In this document: positions 53,976 through 64,000 of the stretch, one piece after another
Position numbering within the stretch: position 1 is the stretch's first letter
Layout: each line of letters starts with the position of its first letter
Source of the DNA: Octopus sinensis
Taxonomy: Eukaryota
Length of the DNA: 64,000 nt
Assembly: GCF_006345805.1 (NCBI RefSeq)
Contig: NC_043008.1
Span: forward strand, 74,152,001 to 74,216,000
Direction of reading: 5' to 3'
Translations under genes and position numbers: made by a program
The notes under the pieces: generated by a model
Database searches by the model: none
Told to the model about the DNA's origin: nothing
Seen by the model: only the letters and a program-made list of their open reading frames with translations

Positions 53976-55400
53976 CTACTCCTAATGAAATCTTATTTGC
54001 TACGCCTTATCTGTTTTTGATTTGCAAAACGAGAGAAAATTTGAAAATTCTCTCCAGCCAGGAAAAAAAAATCGAAAGCTAGTCGGATATCGTTTCATTA
54101 TTCCTAGTGATTTATTTCCACCAGTAAATTGAAATCGAAAGCTAATTTGAATTTCTAATTAAACTGTCCAAATTATGACGTGGTTTAACATTGTGGCTGT
54201 TATGACAGAGTTAGAGAAAAGCAAGTTAACTGATTACTTGCTGAATATTTTGCTTTTTATTTTATAAAATCAATTAAAAAAAATAGATAAACAAAAGCAA
54301 TATTTGAATATTCTGCTATAACACAATTCTATCAGTTAATGGTAAATTCTGCAACTCTTATCTAGTTGCAAATTCTTTCCATCTAATTTTCTGTCATCAT
54401 TTCTTAGACGTGTGAGTAGTGTCTCAGTTTTCTTACAGACACATTAATAAAATCTAGTTTCAGCTCATCTATAACAAGTTCTGCCACGCTATTGATTAGC
54501 GATTGCGGTGCTGATTCTCCGTAGACGTTCTGAGGCAATATTTAAGCAGAAATGCAGTCGTAGGCAAATTTTACAAAATAGATAGGTTGGTCACGGTTGG
54601 AACAGTTTCAAAATAGGTATTTTCTGCCACTAATAAAAAACAGCAATTTAACCAATGGGAAAATGTCTACATCGTCACTTGTTCTACAGAAAATACAAGT
54701 CAGCTGTTCCTTAAATCTTTCCCGAACGCATTTAATAAACGGAGAATAATATATTGGAGAGTCAAAAATGCAAATGGCAAGGAAGATAGGATGATTACCG
54801 CTGGAAAGTTTTTCCTCATGCGTCTTCTAGATTGGGTTGGCGAGAGATCAGAAAACAACATTTTAAAGTGAATCTGATGTAAAATAATCATTGTAGGGTT
54901 CAAGTAATATGAAATATGCTTTTTTCCGATCATCATTATAGCATTATAGGAAAGGTGATCACGCATAAATTTTTGGTCAGCAAAAAATTATGATTAGTAA
55001 CTTTGGTAGGTATTAACTATCATATATTCCAAGATTATAACCAAGTCTATATCACCATAACATGTTTTTTGAGCATTTAAGATTGTTCAAATTCTAATAA
55101 ATTTCTTGATAATGCAATTGAATCAGTTACTATTTAGCTGAAATAGAAGCATTCACCTTTATTTTCCTCTTTCTCTCCATTCTCCTTTCCCCTTTTCTTT
55201 CCTCTCCCTCCCTCTCTCTCTCTCTCTCTCTCTTCCTTGCTCTCTCTCTATCCCCCCTCTCTCTCTCTCTCTTTGTATACGCACATACACATCTGTATTT
55301 ACACGCACACACACTCACATATCTTTATCTTTGTATCTCTCTGATTTTCCATTTCTCTGATTCTTTTAACTACCTGCTTCCTTAAATTAGAACACAATCT

Positions 55401-55433
<33 letters not shown>

Positions 55434-55445
55434 TATATATATATA

Positions 55446-55509
<64 letters not shown>

Positions 55510-56775
55510 CATGTGTGTATGTACATCACCAATGCATCTAATTTGCATACGATATAGAAAGCACTACTTCACCGAAATACATAACATATGTATCATACAT
55601 TTCGACCAAATGACTTACGGCGTTTTAAACATCCACTGTAACCATTGAACCACTGCCATGTTTCTATAATGATATGAGAAGACATTAATTTAATATATTC
55701 AGAGACCAATCAGGTTTTTTTTTTTTTTTTTTGCTCTCTGCCTCGAGGTAAAAATTAATGTTTCAGCCAATTCTCGAATCTAAAAATTTCATTTTTAAAA
55801 TTATTTTCAGCATATCAAATCTAATCTATAACTAATCTAAATTAAGTCTAAATTGAGTTCTGGATAGAAATTTATAATTTTGCTCGAGTGGAAATTATTA
55901 AAACATCAGATTAATTTGAAATAAAATAATTATGCTTTTTTTCTACAAACTGTGGTTTCAATTCTGAGACAAATATCTGGGATTGATATATATCTGATTT
56001 TTAACATTTTATAATGAGTTACCAATAATAATATTGGTGTATTTTAACAGCTTGGTCAGAAAACAGATAATACCGGATTGGTTCAAATATAATGCGCCTG
56101 ATAATTTAAGATATTCTAATACAACTAAAGACGGTAAATTCACACGGAAATAACAGGTTAGGAGAATGTGTGTGTGCGTATGTGAGTGTGTGTGAGTGTG
56201 TTTTGCTTTTTACATATTATTTCCACGTGGATATACGATGTTTTTATGTAACAGAATATTTGCCATAACGATTATAATTGAAACTCTCCAGTATTATCTG
56301 TTCTCCGATTAGGCGATTAAAAAACCAGCAATATTGTTATTACTTCTTCATTATAGATGGTTAAAAACAAGACATGCATCAATCGCAGGTATTTATCTTA
56401 GAACCGACACAACAATTGTAATCAGAAAATAGCATAATTATTATGCTTTAAAATCATCAGATGTATTGATAATTTTCATTGAAGTAAAGTTATATACTTG
56501 TACCCAACCTCTTCAGTCAAATCTGAAGAGTCATCAATATTGTCAAGTGTCAGGACTTAACCAATGATGTTATTCCATAATCTGTAACATATTGCTCGAT
56601 GATTTAAAAATATAGCCACTCTATTTTTCAGATTCTGCTTTATTTCTGACTCATAGACAACAAATACTTTTACATACACGCGCGCACACGCACAGACGTG
56701 TGTGCGAGAGTGAGTATGTGTCTGTCTGTGTGTGTGTGTTTGTGTATGTGTGTATGTGTGTGTGTGCGTGTGTGT

Positions 56776-56808
<33 letters not shown>

Positions 56809-59800
56809 TATTTATGTACGTCCTGAAAATCCTTTTCTTCGATAGCTTTAATTTCAAAAGATCTACGTGAATATCGATCTACTCATTATGTATGGAGATT
56901 AATTAAAGGAGGACAATATCGACCATTGAATTAAGATTGGTAGAATCGGTTGAGCATTGAGTCAAATGTACTGTAGTATTTGTTCCTGCGATTTATGTTC
57001 TCAGTTCAAGCCCTGCTGTGATCAAATTTTCCTTTCCTCTTTCCGTTGTTGACCAAATAAATATACTAATTAATTACTGTAAGTGTTATAATAGTTTAAA
57101 GCTTTTAACCACATTCCTGGCTTTCGGTCTTCTAATAAATTAGGATCTTTAGCAAGTGGTTCTATGAAAGATTCTTAAGAGAACTCAACAAAAATCGTTT
57201 AGGTATCCTTTCCGGTTCTTTATGTGCGGAGTTCAAATCGTGCTGAGATCAATTTCATAGGATTGGTAAATAATTTACCAAGTAGTGAAATGGATTTAAT
57301 CGATTGATCCTTTCCAGAAATCAATATTTTGTTCATGAACCTAAGCGAGAAATAGCTGTATATTGAGACTATTAGGAAAAGCATCGCAACCGCGAAAATG
57401 ACTTTTGATCTTCATCTCCAATGTGAATGACAATGGTTTGCAATTCAGTGGCTGAGAGAGCAACCCCATACCGTTGAGTGCTGTACTGACCATATGCACA
57501 TTTTTATGTGGCTATGTCAAGCAATACTTTTACACCTGGCATGTGGTGTGTAGGTAGTTTGCTCATTGTTCTCAACATATTGGACAATGTACTGGTTAAG
57601 AGTTCCACACGAGCAGCCTATAGAAGTGTTGTGATAAGACCAATAGCGTTATCTGAGAAGTTCAAGCCGTTGGTGCTAATGAGCTGGCTTGTATGTTCTG
57701 GATGACATTCTGCTCTGACAGTGCTATCGAGGGACACTATATAGATGTGTGTGTGTATGTATGTATGTGTGTATGTATGTATGTATGTATGTATTTATGT
57801 ATGTGTGTATGTATGTATGTATGTATGTATGGACATAGGCTCTACATGCAATCAGACTTCCCTGTTCAAGATGTATGAACAGCGACGAAACCGTTTTGCA
57901 CGTACTCATTATCCGATCCTTGTTGAAAAATTGTTGCTACAAATGAATATTGGCTCAGAACTCACTTTTAACTACTACGTTGAAAGGGGTTGAAATATCT
58001 CTGGACAGACTGCCAGCCGGTCGATATTTGCTAAAATATGTGTAACAGTGATGAAAATAGTGTGATTAAATTGACACTCAGCGTACAGCACTTGAGCTTA
58101 CTAGACAGGCTGATACTAGATCAGTGGCTCTCTGACCATGTTTGGATGTCCTCCTGTATCAAGCAGAATCATTTTATTTCTCCCGTTTTCTCGTACCCTC
58201 CACCTCCAAATATTATATAACCTGTGATTGTAATGTTTCCTTCATTCCATGCTTTGTGCCATATGATACAGTTTGTTATATTTTCTGGCTTCCGTAGCAT
58301 GTAGCCATGTTTTTACTAACTCCAAGCAAGTTTTTATTTCCACTACTACAAAACGAAATTATTTTGTTTGTAATATTTGCCAAAAAGGGTTTTGCGATTG
58401 CCAAAGACAGGCATAAAATTTCATCTTTAATATTGCTTTCTTATTTTGACGATATTTTCACAAACAGAATACACACCTCAAAAAGAAATATGCACCAGCA
58501 GCATACAAAACTAACAAGACACACAGCAAAAACAAAATACGCCGCAAAATAAAATGTGCTAAAAAAAAGGAATTATATCAATTTAAATAATCATTTAATA
58601 AAAAAAATCTTCGCTTTTGTATGAGGTTTGCAAGATTCTTTATGTGAATTCATGTGTTGAAACAAATTTTGTTGTGTCTGAAGAGAGTGATTATGCCAAC
58701 ATTATTAGCACACGCACTTGTTCAATTCCACTCCTTTATTATTAGTCACTTGCTTAAATCGATTGTTTGCTTAACTTGGTTAAACAGTAAGTCGTTTAGT
58801 TTGTTTTTGTTTGTTATTTTTATTAAAGATCGTTCATTGCTATTTGCAACCGTTTCAATGATTTTTCACTTAATCGAGGAATTAACAAATATATTATACA
58901 ATAACAGTAAGAACAATCAAAACAATATTTGTTGCACGAAAACAAATATGGTACACAATGTATGTAAACAATATTAAAAGACCTATTTATATCTCTGTTG
59001 TTAAACACTGCAGTTTAGATGTGACGAAGTTCCCAGATGAATTGGTTGGGGGAATTTCGTAAAACTAGAGTATCTCATTCCACAGAATTTAATACAAGCG
59101 AGGGCAAAAAGAAAACCATTATTTCAATGCGTTAAGAAAGAATTCAGGGTTTTCATCTGCCGTCCAAATAGTAACGTAAAGAAGCACTCAGAGAGAAGCT
59201 CAGTTTACAGAGCAGCATCAGTCGCGACTCGGAAACGGGGAGTTACTTCGTGATCGATCCTGAAAAGAAGTAAGCAGATACTGCATCAACCGACTAAGCA
59301 ACTAGGAGATCCTCTGCTATCTGTTATTGATGTAGAACATAACCAAACGTCCTGTATATTATCAACTCTGAGCAAATATTCAAGTATTTTCTTATCTATT
59401 CCAATATTTTCTTTAACATGTCTGATATATATGAGTGTACGTGCGTGCGTATGTAAATGACTCAGCTATAGACGGTCTAAACAAACTGATGGGCTTTTGA
59501 TCGCCGACTGTTTTTTAATATTGTTATTGTCTTCAGTCCAACTAGAGATATATTTTTTAAGCTTCCTTCTGCACAGAATTACTCTCTATATATTCTCTTT
59601 ACATAAATCGATAATTATAAATGATAGCTTACAACAGTCAGGTAAATATTCTATGCAGATTCTATTTACACATTGATTGGTTGTTTAAGTAGTTGACATT
59701 AAAATATTAATTTTGTGAAGTAGCACTCTGTTAATCAAAATACTATACTTTCTATTGTGACACATGCCATTTGTGAAAACAATTTACAGTGTATCTCTTC

Positions 59801-60398
59801 AACTAATTGGCTATAAATTTTTTTACCTATACCGTATAAATGTCGTGAAGTACAGATAACTCTATATGATATTCTAATGTATCGAAAACAGTTGAAAATG
59901 TCTTCTAAATTTGAGAGAACATCTTAGGGAAAATATAGGAGCTGTAGTAAAGTTGGCTATCAACTGTGTTCTACTTATTGTTTATAACTTTATTCCCTTA
60001 AATCTATATAACTAACAACAATCACATATAAGATAGTGAGAGACTTTGCTATTTCCTTTCTGTGTGTTTCTGCAAGTGATATATATAATCAAGGAATTAT
60101 CAATATTTGTAAGAAACGTGTCTTCAGAAACAGTAAATCATAGACTACGTTCAAGTCAAATACATACCTGTGTAGCGGAAAATAATTCAGTAATGACGAA
60201 CCAAAAACACGGGTCTCTACATGATAACTCCACCTTCCAAAATTAGCAGCCAAATCTTCCTGAAATCACAACTAACATATTTAAATGAATAAGGAATCAT
60301 TTGTTCCGGCGAAAGCTTTGTAGCATGTACAAATGATGGGCTGATAATAACTGAACATACAAACTTGAAACAGAAGCAAAAAACTAAGTAAATAAATT

Positions 60399-60790
60399 GC
60401 GTGGCTGTGTGGTAAAAAGTTTACTTCCTAACCCTATCGTTATGGATTCAGTCCCACTGCGTGTCACCTTGCGCAAATGTTTTTTACTATAGCCACGGCC
60501 AAAGATTTGTGAGTGGATTTGGTAGACGAGAACATAAAGGAATCTGTCGTACACACACACACTCACACACACATATATATTCATGTGTGTGTTTGTGTTT
60601 GTCCCCTACCACCGCTTAACAAGCGGTTCTGGTGTGGTTACGTTACCATAATCTAGCGGTTCGGCAAATAACCCGATAGAATACGTATCAGACTTCAAAA
60701 CAAAATGAATAAATACTGGGACCGATTCATTCGACTAAAAATTCAAGGTGGTGCCCCAGCATAGCTACAGTCTAATAAATAAAAGTGAAA
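60399..60790 (+). mobile_element. SINE family B (older copy)
   Basis: GCGTGGCTGTGTGGTAA...TTCAGTCCCACTGCGTG...GTGAGTGGATTTGGTAGACG, then (CA)n and the 3' module. Confidence 0.82.
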
Positions 60791-60809
60791 ATATAGAACT
60801 GTCAAATAA

Positions 60810-61520
60810 CAAAAACAAATATGTTCATTTCGTCCTCTCTGCATTCTGAAATCAAATTCCACCGAGGTAGACTTTGCTTTCCCTCCTTTCGAGTTCGATA
60901 AAATAAGTCGATGTAATCGACTTATCCCTATCTTCCCCAAGCTGCCCATGTGGAAAAATTACTATTATTATCATCATTATTATTATTATTATTATTATTA
61001 TTGTTATTGTTGTTGTTGTTGTTGTTGTGTTGTTGTAGTTATTATTATTATATCATCATCATCATTATTATTAAGGCGGTGAGCTGACAGGATCGTTACC
61101 ATGCTGCGCAACATAATAGCATTTCGACTGTGTTTACGTTCTGAACTGAAATTCCGCCGAGGTCGACTTTGCCTTTCATCCGTTCGAGGTCGATAAGATG
61201 AGGACCAGTTATGCACTGGGGCCGATGTAATCGACTTAATCCGAAATTTGAGGCCTTGTGCTTCCAGTAGAAAGGATTATTGTTTGTTGTTATTGTTGTT
61301 GTTAAGGCGACGAGCTGACAGAATCGTTAGCACACCGGGCGAAATACTTAGTGATATTTCGTCTGCAGCAACGCTCTGAGTTCAAATTCCTCCGAGGTCG
61401 ACTTTGCTTTCATCCTTTTGGGGTCGATAAATTAAGTACCAGTTTCGCACTGGGTTCGATGCAATCGACTAGTCCCCCACCCCCAAAATTTCAGGCCTTT
61501 TTGCCAATGGTAGAAAGGAT
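60810..61520 (+). mobile_element. Cluster of three SINE family A copies separated by (TTA)/(TTG) tails
   Basis: Copies at about 60810-60960, 61074-61280 and 61304-61520; the last two start AAGGCGGTGAGCTGACAG and AAGGCGACGAGCTGACAG. Confidence 0.85.
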
Positions 61521-62043
61521 TGTTATTATTATTGTTTTTGTCGTCGTCGTTGTTGTTACACATTGTTGTTTTTGCTGTTCTTACTGTTACACTTATATAC
61601 TTCACAACAGTGTAAGGGTAATTTTGCAGAATAAACCTGTCTACTAATGAAGGCAAGAATCGTCTAACGTTTAACTTGGCACTCTATCACGTGACTAAAT
61701 TTAGGAGGAAAGGCCATATTTATATTTCCCTCTTAATAATGAGATAACTGTTTTGAAGTGATAAAAAAGTCAAATTGAATGACTTAGGCGAAGGAAAAAG
61801 AAATAAAAATAAGATAAATAGCGAAATTAATGGCTCACTTCAAATGGTGCATCGCATTTACACAATGACATGATATTAATTGGTGAAATAATACACATAC
61901 ACCTATATAGACATTTCTATATATGCGTATACGCGCTGTGTGTAAGTGCATACGTACATATATATATACATACATACATGCACGTGTATGCATATATATA
62001 TATATTATTAACATATATATAAAAATAGAGTGTGTGTAAATAA

Positions 62044-62044
<1 letters not shown>

Positions 62045-62093
<49 letters not shown>

Positions 62094-62155
62094 CTACATA
62101 ATTGAATATATATATGTATGCATATATATATATGATTATATAAACGTATGTTTGC

Positions 62156-62222
<67 letters not shown>
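62045..62222. repeat. (TA)n microsatellite cluster
   Basis: Direct reading. Confidence 0.95.
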
Positions 62223-62898
62223 TATGCATGTGTTTATATAAATGCTTATATGTGTGTGTGTGACTGTGTGTATAAGATCATTTCTGTACCTGTGCACGTG
62301 TTTGGGGGGCATGATGGTAATTTCGGATTAAATCTAAAAATCCTGAGCCGTAAATGGATAATATAAACTCTGTGCATTGACCTTCATAGTGCTTCTTTGT
62401 TATGGTCAACAAAAAACATAACGAAAATGATACACCTACTATGCAAATGTATTCCTACTTAAAGACACGAACACCCACAGAAGCACACACATACACACCC
62501 ACACTTCTCGCAGAGCCACAGCCACACAAACACACACACACACATACACACACATGCATTATACTCATCATTAATGGTTATTTTATACATATCTATTTGA
62601 ATTTCACTTTCAAGTCAACAAAAACGTTGATTGTTATTGTTCTCATCAATGTAGTAGAGAGAGCAGAGACAATCACTATATTGTCATTGTATGGCGTTGA
62701 TAAGTTTACAACATTTAGTTGTTGCTTTTTTATATTGTTGTTACTTCTTTTCTTCTATAGAATTATGGTTATTAATTCCCTTTGGAAGTGTTGACTGAGC
62801 AGTTTAATGGCCAACTGTATATTTAATGACATTGCCTCTAAAACAGTAACGATAGGCCACTTACGAAAGATAGACAATATGGGTGTGTTTGTGTGTGT

Positions 62899-62937
<39 letters not shown>

Positions 62938-63650
62938 AGAGAGAAAGAGAGTGATTGCAAGAATATGCATATATTTACATATGTGTGTATGTATATATGC
63001 ATGCATTTATGTATGTGTGTATGCATATATGTATGCATATGATATAATATTAACTGGCTGACAAAGTATGTCGTGAGATCGGTTACAGAAGCAGAACCCA
63101 TCCAAGAGCTAGATAGATACTTCCATATGTTTTGATGAAATACTTCTTATTTATATTACTCTGTTCCCTTAATTAGGGTGTCACATTTCTAAGTGGGATA
63201 TCTATATAAACAATCATTGACTTAAATAATCATCAAGCATTTTCGTGTATTTCACTTCTGACTTAATCATTCCTATGTTATGTTAAAATGATATTTCGTC
63301 TGCAGCTCATCTATCAGTTTATTTTTGCTACATATTTCTCCCGATATCCATCTCTGTTTGTTGGGCATGTCAGTCAGGTTAAAACCAGCATTGTATTTAC
63401 GCGGTAATACCGTCTAATTTCGACTGCGTTTTTTTTTTTCGTCTTTGATGAAGCTGGTTAACGAAACATGCAGTGATTCCCGTATACAGAAACAGAACTT
63501 GCATCTACTAAATATGGAGTATTTTTTGATGTGTCAGTTTGATGTAATTTTTCTGTGTTGTTTAATTCTGTTCCATATTTATTATAGAAACAAATTCTAA
63601 ATCTTTTAACATTTAGTACACTACATTTTCTCTAGAATTGTTTCCCCTGC

Positions 63651-63930
63651 CATCTCCCTGTCATTATAAGGGATAAAACTCATATGGAGACATGATGCAC
63701 CAATGGTGTGCTATATGTTGAATCATTGGGAAATGTATTTAACGCGATGGTACGGTACAAGTCTAATGTGAGCCTTAATCGAATAGACATCATCTCCCTG
63801 TCATTATAGGGGATAAAACTCATATGGAGACATGATGCACCAACGGTGTGCTATAGGTTGAATCATTGGGAAATGTATTTAACGCGATGGTACGGTACAA
63901 GTCTAATGTGAGCCTTAATCGAATAGACAT
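63651..63930. repeat. 140 bp tandem duplication
   Basis: 63651-63790 versus 63791-63930: 137/140 identical. Confidence 0.97.
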
Positions 63931-64000
63931 ATAATCAAATGTCTTCTTGCCACGATCCAATTGTCTTTCTCTTTACCCAAGCTCATAATTTTAAAGATAG

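Noticed and set aside
57400-57720. Possible RTE-type RT relic on the minus strand
   Set aside because: No diagnostic motif intact; too degraded to call.
58654-58977. 107 aa ORF
   Set aside because: Low-complexity TTTG/AAC-rich composition and no recognisable domain.
63445-63473. TTGATGAAGCTGGTTAACGAAACATGCAG hammerhead-like motif
   Set aside because: C3 is missing, stem II pairs poorly and there is no stem I partner.

Overview
AT-rich eukaryotic genomic DNA, dense in microsatellites and transposable elements. The SINE and retroelement repertoire looks cephalopod, probably octopus (inference from recalled family sequences, not a database search). I found no recognisable host gene, rRNA, functional tRNA gene or CRISPR array; most short ORFs in the track are translated microsatellites or SINEs. 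Best-supported content: (1) a near full-length, frameshifted R4/Dong-clade non-LTR retrotransposon (about 10860-14955, minus strand; RT, CCHC finger and restriction-like endonuclease), plus six further R4/Dong fragments, all next to (TAA)n tracts; (2) Tx1/L1-like LINE fragments; (3) a Penelope-like element (N-terminus and start of RT) and a separate GIY-YIG fragment; (4) a mariner with an internal deletion; (5) a Gypsy LTR end, PBS and gag relic; (6) a short non-autonomous Helitron; (7) two tRNA-derived SINE families, including a head-to-tail array; (8) foldback elements, one carrying a degenerate hammerhead-like motif on each strand; and (9) a 140 bp tandem duplication. I see no clear novel multi-gene system. 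The most interesting signals are the TAA tracts acting as landing pads for R4/Dong and the double hammerhead-like foldback.
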